64,000 bases of DNA, taken from NCBI GenBank assembly GCA_002189035.1, contig NEEC01000019.1:1054001-1118000 (forward strand). Direction: 5' to 3'. Origin of the DNA: Utricularia gibba (taxonomy: Eukaryota > Plantae > Magnoliophyta). A program made the position numbers and the translations under genes. Under the pieces are notes generated by a model. The model saw only the letters and a list, made by a program, of their open reading frames with translations. It was not told the DNA's origin and ran no database searches. Shown in pieces: positions 26,429-37,692 of the stretch; positions within the stretch are counted from its first letter, which is position 1; each line of letters begins with the position of its first letter.

Positions 26429-26947
26429 GCCAAGATGTGCAGAATGGCCGCCATCTCTATCTATCCCAAGCTCATTAGGTACGTTAAACTATGGATGTCT
26501 GCCCCTTTTGCAGCGGCAGTATGCTGACGTTTTCAGCATTCCCTTGCCCCTTTTGATGTCTGCCCCTCAACTCAAATTTTACCCCAGTGAAAGGCATCCT
26601 ATTCTGTGTTACCTGTGCTCGTATCATTCTGTCGGTTCGATGTTTCGATGGTTCGGGTGGGCCGGTCCGGTCCGGGCCGGTAACCAACTTGTTGCCACTG
26701 CGCCAGCGGGGCAAGTCGGAATGATATATTACGAATTAAATATATTTTTTCAAAAAAAAGAAACATTATTTAAATGGTAACAAAAATCCAAGAAGGGTGG
26801 TTCCCTAAAATGCGCGATCCCCTTGACGACGAACTGCTTCTGTATTTTCTAATTCTTTCCATCGGATGTGTTGTTATTCGGTATATGAACTTGCGATTCG
26901 AGAACTCCGATCTGTTGGCGTGATTTTGAAATCTCGGTTATCGCATC

Positions 26948-27688
26948 ATGTCGGTGAATCAATCTGCTGATGGCCCATCGTCATTGTTTGATCCCGATGT
27001 TTCATGGAAGAAGCGGATCAAACCCATGATGAAAGGTGTTCGACATGATTCCTTAGAGGCGATGAACTTGGAAGAAACCGATGTTCTTGATTTCCCTGAG
27101 CCGTGTTCTTCCACTACTTATTCTTCATCAGTTGTTGCTTCTTCCTCTCCGCCTTCATCGCTTTCGTCTGCCTCCCATGCTAAGAACGACAATGGAAATG
27201 AAAATGCGAACAGGGGAAGAAGAAGGGTGAATAGACCAAGAGAAAGCTTCTCCTCGATGAACTCTGAATCCCTCTCGCTGTGCACGGAGGGTCTTGGATT
27301 CGAGAGTTTGGGCGACGCCGACGATTGGTGGAGGAACGATGTCATTTGCTGGAAAGAGTCTCTATTTGATGATGAACAGGGGAAAACAACTAGCGAAAGC
27401 ATTGAGGCTACCCACGGCGACTCCCTTTGGAGGGAGCCATTGACATCAAAATCGAGTTTTGGATCGAGGGCTACGTTTCCTCCACCGATTTCGTCCATTG
27501 GGGAAAGTGGGAAGCCGTTGGTTTGCTTCAGATCGATCAGGAAAGACGGGAGGTTTATTCTCAAAGAGATCAGAATTCCCACGTCAACTTTGCTGCACAC
27601 CTGCAGGGAAAATGGGCGTTTGAAGATGAAGTTCTTGTATTTCGAAGATGAAGATGAGGATGATGAAGAGTCCATAGCCAACGAGTGA
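26948..27688 (+). CDS. FANTASTIC FOUR-like protein (FAF/DUF3049), single exon
   Basis: SESLSLCTEGLGFES motif and FAF domain FPPPISSIGESGKPLVCFRSIRKDGRFILKEIRIP...RENGRLKMKF. Confidence 0.88.
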   Translation: MSVNQSADGPSSLFDPDVSWKKRIKPMMKGVRHDSLEAMNLEETDVLDFPEPCSSTTYSSSVVASSSPPSSLSSASHAKNDNGNENANRGRRRVNRPRESFSSMNSESLSLCTEGLGFESLGDADDWWRNDVICWKESLFDDEQGKTTSESIEATHGDSLWREPLTSKSSFGSRATFPPPISSIGESGKPLVCFRSIRKDGRFILKEIRIPTSTLLHTCRENGRLKMKFLYFEDEDEDDEESIANE

Positions 27689-27822
27689 GTTCTGTAATGC
27701 TTACTGTAAAACTACTTGTCATCCTGAACGGTGGTTCGTGTGTCCATTCTCTTCACTACACCATCAATGGTGGTTAGATTAATTAATCTACATTAATGGT
27801 TGGTTAATCACAATTAGTGTAG

Positions 27823-27907
27823 AGCGCGTAACAAGAACTCGCGACGTAAGCGCGTAACAAGAACTCGCGACGTAAGCGCGTAACAAGAACTCGCGACGTA
27901 AGCGCGT
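27823..27907. repeat. Perfect 26-bp tandem repeat, 3 full copies plus a partial copy (AGCGCGTAACAAGAACTCGCGACGTA)
   Basis: Identical units at 27823-27848, 27849-27874 and 27875-27900, then AGCGCGT at 27901-27907. Confidence 0.97.
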
Positions 27908-28527
27908 GACGACAGAACAGCGCGCATGTCGGGGAAAAGTCAAGAGTGACCTTGATTCCAATCCTCGGCCATTAACTTCCGCTATCTACAGTCAACGAGA
28001 CGCTCCAGAAATCAATCTGGAGGCAAATCCAAGCAGGTTTTTTAGTCCGGCTTCTCAGATTTCTTGATTTTTAAAGGCTTGTTTGCTTTCGCTTGATTTC
28101 GTTTTTCGGTTTGATATTTCAGCTTGCTTTTCCTGATTCTGATACTTGTTACGTAATGGTTTTAGCTTTGGCGTTGATTTTAGAATTGCGTGCCCATTGA
28201 GGTTTGATTGAAGGGTGGTGCAGCTTTTTTCTATGAAATATGATTACGATTCTGCAAGCAGTACCTTGAAATTTGAAGGAACATTAAGTGAAAATCATGG
28301 GAAAATGAACAACCATTGACACCTCGAAAACTGAAAAGTGGGTCGCAAATTCTAATGCTTTAGCTCATTTATCAATGATTTCTGATTGCGGTTTGCAGTG
28401 CTTGGGTTTGCTTTTGAAGTAGTATAGAGAGGTTGTTTGCATGTGGCTAATTTGTTTAAGCTTGCTACAGGATTCTTTATGGGGTGCCGAGATTGATTTC
28501 TCTCGTGTGTTTGGGCTGTAGAAAAGA

Positions 28528-29442
28528 ATGTCAACTGGAAATACTCACTGGTGCTACAACTGTACCGAGGCTATTCGACCTGAAGGTCGTAGTTTGGTCT
28601 GTCCATATTGTGATGAAGGGTTCATTGAAGCTCTGCCTCAAGTTCTGGGAGCTCAGGCCCAGCCTGCTCCGGTTTTCGGTTTCGTTGAACCAGGTCAGGA
28701 TCCGAGATCCCGTGTTATAGATGCATTTGCTGCTGTCATGAGGCAAAGAATGCTTGGAAGGGATCCTAATTTTGACATTCGAACAAGGCCCGCTATCCGT
28801 GCTGGATCAAGTGGTCCTGTTGGTTCCAGACCTCGAGTGTACATATTTCATGGCCAGCCAAGAGGTGATATCCCTGTTCAGGATCCATTTGAGTTCTTTT
28901 TCAATACCAGGCTTGGAATGGCTGAGAGGCCTTCTGATTTCGATGACTTCTTTGGAAGTGGATTACAAGAACTGATCGATAGGCCATCTGATTTTGGCGA
29001 TTTCTTTTCCGGAAGTGGATTACAAGAGTTGATTGAACAGCTGAGCATGAATGACAGGAGAGGCCCTCCTCCAGCACCAAGATCTGCTATAGATGCAATG
29101 CCTACAATCAAGATCAGCCAAAGGCATATAAACACGGATGCTCATTGCCCTGTGTGCAAAGACAAATTCGAGCTAGGTTCAAAAGCCAGGCAAATGCCCT
29201 GTGATCACATCTACCATTCTGACTGCATTGTTCCTTGGCTGGTTGAACACAACTCATGCCCAGTTTGCCGTGTCGAGCTGCCACCACTTACCAGTGGAAA
29301 TGTTCGTACTGAATGCACTCCAAGAAGCAGCACCCCAAGTGCCACTGATGGAACCAGCCGTGGCAGGGACAGTAGCAGTGGACACAACCACAGGAGGTGG
29401 AATCTCTTCTCATACCTCTGGCCTTCAAATTCATCAAACTGA
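28528..29442 (+). CDS. RING-H2 E3 ubiquitin ligase with N-terminal zinc ribbon (RZF1/RHC1A/RING1-like)
   Basis: HWCYNC...CPYCDEGFIE zinc ribbon; RRGPPPAPRSAIDAMPT; RING-H2 CPVCKDKFELGSKARQMPCDHIYHSDCIVPWLVEHNSCPVCR. Confidence 0.93.
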   Translation: MSTGNTHWCYNCTEAIRPEGRSLVCPYCDEGFIEALPQVLGAQAQPAPVFGFVEPGQDPRSRVIDAFAAVMRQRMLGRDPNFDIRTRPAIRAGSSGPVGSRPRVYIFHGQPRGDIPVQDPFEFFFNTRLGMAERPSDFDDFFGSGLQELIDRPSDFGDFFSGSGLQELIEQLSMNDRRGPPPAPRSAIDAMPTIKISQRHINTDAHCPVCKDKFELGSKARQMPCDHIYHSDCIVPWLVEHNSCPVCRVELPPLTSGNVRTECTPRSSTPSATDGTSRGRDSSSGHNHRRWNLFSYLWPSNSSN

Positions 29443-30087
29443 ATCAGAAACTCTTGGAAAGAAGCTTCGAACTTTGGAAGGCAACTTTGACTTCTGGTTG
29501 CTGATGTTGCTGCAGCGTCTATAGCGTATATGATGCCCAAACCTTCGCCTTTCTCTGAGAGTCCTCCTGCCGGTCGTGCACAAAAAGGCCTTCTCTCTCT
29601 ACCTTCTTTCAATCTCAAGGCAGGTGTTACACTTCTCTTCGTTTCAATTCTCTGGTGTTTCTGTTTGTGATCTGCATCACTTTATGGCTTGTTTTTACTA
29701 CTCCTGCAATTTCTTTTGCATGTGAAAAAGAAAAAAATGAGTAGCTTTTACATTTACTGTTTATGATACTAATAAGGGTGAAGTTTGATGATGACATTCT
29801 AATTTATTGTTAGTATTAAGAGTTTAATATTTAAATTTTAAAATTGAGATATATGTTTATTAACTTGTTTTTTTAAATAGTTTGTTTCCAAATTTAATAA
29901 ATTATATATTTAAATATTTATGTTATCAAAATTAACAAATTTTAATCTTAACATCATTATAACGGTATATCATATAAGATGTGATATAATAATTGCTATT
30001 TTGAATCATATTAGACATGAATGTGATGATCACTTTAAATCATACAAGATATAAATAAATTTGAAGTATAATTTTTGTAATTTTATC

Positions 30088-30123
<36 letters not shown>
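30088..30123. repeat. (ATA)n microsatellite
   Basis: About 12 consecutive ATA units in an AT-rich spacer. Confidence 0.9.
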
Positions 30124-30295
30124 TAATTTGGAAATAAGAAAAAGGTAAATAATAGTAATAATAATATAATTGGGCGCAAAATGTTAACGGGATACGAAGG
30201 TCTTTTCCAAAACGATCTGCAATTTTTCTGTTCTTTGTCACAAGAAAGGTTCAACAACCGCCGTCATTCTTCTTGTTTGAGCTCTGGGTTAAGCA

Positions 30296-33200
30296 ATGGC
30301 GGACTCATCGGGGGCCGATCAACCGGAATCGAAAAGTTTGAAAGCTGTGTACTCGTTTTACTCCAGCTATCTTTTCAATGTTCTCCGCCAGCGGTTTCCT
30401 ATTTCGCTTTTTATTAATGGAAGTTCGAAAGCGGCAACATCGAAGGCCTTAAGTTTAGCAAAACGGCGCCGCAAGAAAATAGGCTTGCCTCTTCCTTTTC
30501 CGTCAACTGCATCCCTGGCTTCCACGGAGGGGTCTCCAGCGTAAGGATTCTGTTTTTCCGAATTGGTTTCGTTTGGAGAGCAAGAATGCGTATCAGTGGA
30601 GAAAATGATGATTGATTGCTTCTTGTCTCATTATGTTTTTCCGTTGGCGGGTTCTTGTTTAATTTGGTATGTGAAAGGTATAGAGTTCTGCTTTTCTCGT
30701 GCAGAATTTTTGATGCATTGAAGGACATAATTGAGCTCTTACTTCGAAATTTGCACTCCATTCAGGAGAACTTAGATTTTTGGCGGCGTATAACCGAAGT
30801 AAGTTCTTCCAAGGATTGTTTGACGTTGTAAATTTTTCAGAACCAATGTGATAAGTTTTACTTGCGTTCGTATGGGTTAGGGTTCAAATGGACGGAAAGC
30901 ATACTTCATGATTTGTGAACGCGGGCCTTCTGCATTTCTTGATGGTACCATTCAACTTATACGCGATTCTGTAGGAGAAGGTTTGAATATGCAAAAAGTT
31001 CATCTCGCTGCATATTCTCATATATCCACGAGGATTAGCATGTTCTCAAGTTTAAGAAACTTCTTGGCCACCTTTTTGGCTGAGGTTAGATATTTGTTTG
31101 CTCACTGAATATGTAATTTTTCTTGTCCTTTTTATGTTTGGGATGGGGTCTGATCTGCTTGATCTTGGATATAGATTTATACAGAGCTTCATTCACTTAT
31201 TAAGGATCTTGAGAAGCATCCAGAAAACTCATTATCTTTGTTGTTGCCGATTATCAGTGGCCTGTTTATGGAACTGCAAGCATCTAGTATCCATTTGCAC
31301 GCAATTCATCAGGTTTAATGAAATTACAAACCATTTTTTCCTTTGAGTTGAATATGACATTTTTGTGATGTTATCACTTTGTAGGCTGTGGATGCAAGCA
31401 TCTCTAATCCTCTGATTTTCACCAAACTTCCAGAGTTGAATGTGGATGGTTCCCAGTTGACAGAGAGTGATACTAGAGATATTATAAACTTGATTTATGA
31501 AAACCTTCATAGATTGGACACCTATCTTTCGACTCTTGTAAGACATTTCTGATTCTCTTTTGTGTTACAAATTAATGATAGAAAATTGTTTGTGTTATAA
31601 ATAGGAATGTGGAACCACTGGGTACACATTCGAAACTGTTACCCTGTTTCCCTTATCTCTTGTAGCTCATTTAGGGGGTTATACTCAAATTTTTGTGCTT
31701 GTATGTGTCTTAATCGAGGTTGAATATGCTCTTGTGGTGTGTGCTGGTATGTATATATTTGTTTTAATGCCTAAAAATGCATTTTGTAAATGTTTAGATC
31801 GTATTCTTACTTTGATTTGCCCTGTTGTATATGGTATTTGAAATGTAGGCAAGTGAAGGTTACAAATGTTTCCTGATTCAGCTAGACAATTGTAAACCTG
31901 GACTGCAATACTTACAAGTTGATGCTTTTAGGTTTCTAGATATCAAAAACCTGGAAAGTTGACATTGCACTGGATACCTTATAGCTTTGGAGCATTTGGA
32001 ATTTCTCTGGGTTCCTTATGGATCCTACGTCATAGCAAGTTAATGGGAAGTCCAGACCTTGGGAATTGGATTTCTGATGCAAAGAAGTCAACACAAAGCT
32101 TTTGGAATGATCACGTTGAGGAACCAGTAAGTCCTTGTTACCTATCAAATTCTATTATGAGTACCGCCATGGGAGTGATTTGGGAGACAGATCTTGCGGT
32201 GAATGCTAAATAAGTTTTGAGCGTTGATTTTGTTTACTCTGGACGCAAAAAGTACCTGCACATAACAATGAAGTGGTTTTCGATGAATTGAAGTTAAAAT
32301 TTTCCAACAGCCTTTCTTTTTTCCTGTCATTAGATTCTTGCAATAAGGGCTGAACTTTTTGAGACATTTAGAAAACGACAAAAGGGTGCAATGGAGCGTG
32401 AAGAAGTGCAATTGACTGCTGACTCTCTTCATAGGTTAGTGAGTTTAATTACTAAATTTGCCTACAGTCTTTCATTTACAAGGTTTACTTTTCAAGAACA
32501 TTTTCCTCGCTTCGCCCTGAGATAAAGTGTTGTTTTTTCAGGATGCTCCTTACATTCAGCGAACAAGAAACAGGCAAAAAATTTCCTGAAAATACTCCTG
32601 ATCTGGAAATGCTGGAAATTGTAATGACCAGGTAAAATTTCTCAAATGTTTCTTAAGGATTGTTTCGCCTTAGTACAATAGTGTGTAAATGACTTTGATA
32701 TATGTTTTGGGTTTTCAGGTATGAAAAAGAACTTAACAGTCCAATCAAGGGTATGGTGGGTGGAGAGCTTGTTCGTGGTCTTCTTATTCAGGTTACGATT
32801 TTGAGTTCAGGGTTTAGAAGTCTCTCGTATTCATATCCTGACGCAAGCTCTCACTAACAGGTTCAAAAGTTGAAACTGGATATTGAAGAGTGAGTTGCCT
32901 TCACATCTTTTTGTTCATATGTACTCTTCTTTGGAGACTGATTCTTCTTCTTATTATTATTATTTTGGTAAAATGCAGAGCAATGCTCGAGTTGGATCAA
33001 ATCCTGAGGGCCAATGAAATCAACTTCGCCATCCTAGCTGCACTCCCAGCTTTTGCCATCACCTTCCTTTTAGGCATGTTGGTTCGTGCCTTTTTCAAGC
33101 AGGCGAGCATCCCCTCTTCTGGTTTCCATTCTGTATTTCAGCCTTCAAGGAAACTATATGGCATCTTAAGCATTGCAGGATAAACGAGCCGAAGGTAGGG

Positions 33201-33684
33201 GACGGGTTTCTCGGATCCAAAGAAGGCTCCTCTTGAGAGAGATCGAGAGTGGCATAACACAGTGTAAAGCTTACCGAGACCGAGGATTAGTACGTCCACT
33301 CGTTACAATACAACACATTCCCTTCCAGAACTCTCTACCAGGGAACATGTCTGAGTCCCTTTTGTTAATTCCTGCAGGACAGTGAAGCTCAGTGCATGTA
33401 CGGCATCACACTATGTGTCCTCGACTCCCTACACAAGGCGGTGGAGAGGCATGCCGCCGCAACCGGCGAATGGACCTGGTTTGATCCCCCCATTCCTTTT
33501 TTTTTTGCTGCGGCACTCCTCCCTCTCCCCCATCTCCTCATCTTCTCTCATTGCTTTCAGTTTGAGAAAAGACATCATCGAATTGGCGAAGCCGGACGTG
33601 TCCTGCAAGCAGAAGCTCCATGTTGCTGCTCGAATGGAGCGCATCTACGACTGCTTGCTTCCGGCGTCCAACCGCCACAGGTGA
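30296..33684 (+). CDS. DGS1: DGS1 (DGD1 suppressor 1; NCA2-domain mitochondrial outer membrane protein), multi-exon
   Basis: Exons give YQKPGKLTLHWIPYSFGAFGISLGSLWILRHS, NWISDAKKST..FWNDHVEEP, AMLELDQILRANEINFAILAALPAF and DKRAEGRGRVSRIQRRLL. Ends SNRHR*. Confidence 0.88.
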
Positions 33685-34510
33685 ACGGAAAAATCCCTGG
33701 GAAGGTACTGCAAATCATTTCATTCGTAATGTTCTGAAGCCAAACGGCGCGCCGGTTTCAGAAGATTTACTGGTTGACCCATAGCTTTCCAAGACCTGGG
33801 GGTCGCCCAACAACCAGCTACTCATTTCTGAAGTGAAAATAAATAGGCGCTTTGCACTCACAAAATCGAAATGAAATTTTTCGTCAATTTGAGGTTGAAT
33901 TTAATGGGCTCAATTTAATATTTTTTATAGAAAATTAAAAAAATGTTAACATTTAAACAATTATTTTATTTTTGTTATAATTTTCACAATGAATTAACTT
34001 TTATTATATCATTATAAAAAAGTTTGGATTCAAAATCATAATTAAATCAAAAAATATATTGAACTTGATTTTAAAAAGGAGACAAAATGAGCAAGTCTTC
34101 ATAAATTGTGTGCTATTAAAGGACAATAATTTTAAACAAGGATTTAATGTTTCATGAGCAATTTATTGTTTGACTTATTGCAAATTATTTCTGATGTGTT
34201 AAAAGAAAATAACATGAGTATAATTGCAATGGAAATGTGACTTGAAACCATCTAAGATTGAATTCCAAGCATACCGTATAATGCAATAATATGTTTGGTT
34301 TAATTTTTTTTTTATAATTGATTATTCGTGTTCAATAATTTTTAATTATAATTAAAATATTTTTAAAAATATGAATGATTATTTAAACGAAATGAATTCA
34401 TAATCATATTTAATCATGAGGTTAAGTTAAATCAAGCCTAATTTCGAATTGAACACATCATTTGAATATATTGCGCAAAAACGCACCAAGGAACTACGTG
34501 CTGGGTCCTG

Positions 34511-34602
34511 CTAACGGCTAGCCGAGTTATAACGCCTTCATTCTTACGTATCTGAATCCAACGGCTCTCCTCTTCCTATTTCAGATCTTAATGTGACCGT
34601 TG
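34511..34602. promoter_or_regulatory. Three MSA (mitosis-specific activator, AACGG core) elements upstream of cyclin B
   Basis: ctaacggcta 34511-34520, tccaacggct 34557-34566 and gaccgttg 34595-34602 (reverse). MSA/MYB3R control of B-type cyclins is established. Confidence 0.8.
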
Positions 34603-34817
34603 CCTCCGCCGCCTCTCTTACTCCCTGGCCGAGGCGCTTTCTTCATTCGTTTCTTTCTTCGGCCAGATCTTTCGTGCACGGTGGCGGGTAAACTCTCGGA
34701 GCAGGAGAAGGACGCGGGAGCGGCCGTGTCCACGAACTCCTTTCTTCGTTCTGGGCGACTCTTGGAGGCGTTTTTGGTGCTAATAACAACAAATCACAAC
34801 AAGAAAACAAGGAAGGA

Positions 34818-36593
34818 ATGGCTGTAAGAGCGATTCTTCCACCGCAACCAAGAGGTAAGTCTTCACTCTACGAACTGATTCTACCCAAAAAATGCACACC
34901 CATTTGCAGTTGAAATCGGTCATAAAGCATGAGTGTTTTCATTGTCTTGGAATATGTTGAACTATTGAACTTTAATAACAGATGGGAGGAACCGCCAAGT
35001 GCTAAAAGATATTGGAAATCTGGTGGCTGCACCACCTCTGGAGGCCAAGAACAAACAGATATCCAGGTTGGCTTCGACTTCGTTGTGGATTTGTTCAGGA
35101 ATCAATGTTATATTCAGTGGATATGTTTGATACCAGGAGCTTTGGTGCTCAGATATTGGCTAATGCACAAGCTGAGGCTGCCGAGAAAAAAGACTGCAAG
35201 GTTGCTAGTTATGTGTAAATTCCTCTATATAGAATAATGGCAATGCAGGGAGGGGAGCTAATCTATATAGATGCTCTGCAGAAGCTGCTAGCGGAAGATG
35301 GATTAATGAAAAAAGCAGGTTTGCCCGCGATTACGACTGACACCGTGATCACCATTCATGCTGATGAAGCCGAAACTGTCAGAAAAGAAGAGGAGGAATG
35401 TGAAGCAAGGAGTCTTACCGCGGTTCTCACTGCTAGAAGCAAGGTGGACATAAAGCAGTTGGGAGCTAATCTATACTGAGGAGCATGATGCTGATTCATT
35501 CTCATATTCTTTGTCCAGGCATCTTGTGGTGTTACTGGGAAGCCTGCATTCGACATCGATGCAGCAGACGTTGACGATGAATTAGCAGCTGTGGAGTACA
35601 TCGAAGATATGCACATTTTCTATAAAGAGACAGAGACAGATAGCCGAGTTCATGACTACATGGGATCGCAGCCAGAGATAAACTCGAAAATGAGAGGGAT
35701 CCTCATAGACTGGTTGATTGAAGTCCATAAGAAGTTCCACTTGATGCCGGAAAGTCTGTACCTTGCAGTCAACATAGTAGACAGGTTTCTGTCTTTGAGT
35801 ACCGTCCCGAGAAGGGAGCTACAGTTGGTTGGCATTAGTTCAATGCTCATAGCTTGCAAGTATGAGGAGATCTGGGCTCCAGAGGTCAGCATCCATTGAG
35901 TTCTGATCCTTCTTGCACATTTAGTTGGCCACTAAAATCTGCAATCTCATCAGGTTGGGGACTTCATTGCGATATCCGACAACACTTATGCGAGGGATCA
36001 AGTGCTTCTCATGGAAAAAGCAATTCTTGAGAAGCTGGGGTGGTATCTAACAGTTCCAACTCCTTATGTGTTTCTCCTGCGCTACGTTAAAGCTTCAAAT
36101 CAGGCAGATAAGGAGGTGAGACGACCTTCATATCTTATACCTACATTCAACAGTTTGATGCAGCATATTCTTGCTTCTGTGCAGATGGAAAACATGACCT
36201 TCTTCTTTGCTGAACTCGGTCTAACCAACTACTCGACTGTCATCGAATACTCCCCGTCGATGATATCCGCTTCTGCGGTCTACGCTGCTCGCTGCACTCT
36301 CGACCGGAGCCCTCTGTGGACTGAAACCCTGAAACATCACACTGGCTACGCAGAAGATCAGCTGATGTATGAGCTAAGCCCCTCATCATTGCTTCTAACT
36401 TGCTTCATTTGAATTTCTAAGTTCAAACTTGTGCATTTATTCCTACTCTTTAATCAGAGACTGCGCTAAGGTGTTGGTCGGCCTCCACGCCGGAACCCCG
36501 GATAACAAACTGAAGGCGGTCCGCCGGAAGTACTCCGATCCCAAAAGAGGCGCTGTTGCTCTGTTTCCTGCAGCTGCTAAGAGCTTTAGATGA
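34818..36593 (+). CDS. CYCB1: B1-type mitotic cyclin, multi-exon
   Basis: MAVRAILPPQPR start; destruction box RQVLKDIGN; RSFGAQILANAQ; SLTAVLTARSK; cyclin box MRGILIDWLIEVHKKFHLMPESLYLAVNIVDRFL...KYEEIWAPEV; stop TGA 36591-36593. Confidence 0.93.
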
Positions 36594-36677
36594 CAAGTTT
36601 GGTAAGACTGCAACTAAAATGACCCCCAAAAGCGTGTGTGTTAGATGGAGGCTTCCTTTAGAAACTCCAAACTCTTA

Positions 36678-37001
36678 GGGACTGTTTCGTAGGGGTGGTT
36701 ATACTAATTTTACCACATTTGGTTTAATATTAACATTGTTTGGTAAAAGGGATTAGTTTAATACTAGGTTTAAATTAAATATTAATTTTCCTGGTTTTAT
36801 GGGTTTAAATTCAACCCACTTCCCTCATGGGTTTAAAGTAAACCAGATGTTTATTACTAAATAATTCATATTATTAAATCAGATTTTAAATAAACATCAC
36901 TATCTAACTCGTTTTTATTTAAAGATAGATAATTTTAAACACAATTCTAAACCTTAATAATTTTAATTTCTATTATTCCAAACCTACTACCAACCATGCC
37001 C
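36678..37001. mobile_element. Tourist/PIF-Harbinger-like MITE with degenerate TIRs
   Basis: Left end GGGACTGTTTCGTAG versus reverse complement of right end GGGCATGGTTGGTAG (11/15 identical). Flanked by TTA at 36675-36677 and 37002-37004. AT-rich non-coding interior, 324 bp. Confidence 0.55.
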
Positions 37002-37692
37002 TTAGGATATGGCTGCTTACTTTAGGCTATATTTACCTCATTTTCGAAAATGTTACATCATTAATTATAAAAATTGGATAAAGATTTATATAAATAGATA
37101 AATTTATTTTTCATTTCTTCATGAAATAGAAATGAAGAATTAATGTTTCGACTTAAAAATAACGTGCCAAAGATTTGATTTTTTAAAAGTTTATGGAAAT
37201 GAAATTTTTATTTTAATATTGTGATTCATGTAAATAAATATAAATATAAACAAAACTTAATAAAATAAACTCAATAACATAATTTTTGGAAATATAATAT
37301 CAATATTTTTGGATATTGATAAAGACGATTTTAGGGCTGCAAGTGTCTTCTTCTTGCTGTTGAAAATGATGATCAAGAAAGCTTAAACATTAAACATCGT
37401 TGTTCGTCTTGATCTTGATCCATATACCTCGAAATGGAAAAATTCATGTTGCGTACTGGCCCACAATTATGTGGGTCCCATTATAGATTCCACGTGGTGG
37501 CCACGTCGGACAATGAGTCCGAGATCAACGATAATTATTCAAATCATTCCACGTTTGTTTTCTTCTACTGCGGAGAAGAAAACCCCAAATTGAGATATCC
37601 CGGGGAGAAGAAAACCCTAATCAGTATTCTTCTCTTCTCGGCGATTCTGGTCGTTCTCCGGGTACTGATACCTCGCTGGTCAGGTCGTCGTC

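Noticed and set aside
27118-27681. 187-aa antisense ORF over the FAF gene
   Set aside because: Shadow ORF of a Ser/Glu/Asp-rich coding strand.
27823-27907. Tandem repeat considered as a CRISPR array
   Set aside because: Units are directly adjacent with no unique spacers, the context is eukaryotic, and there are no cas genes.
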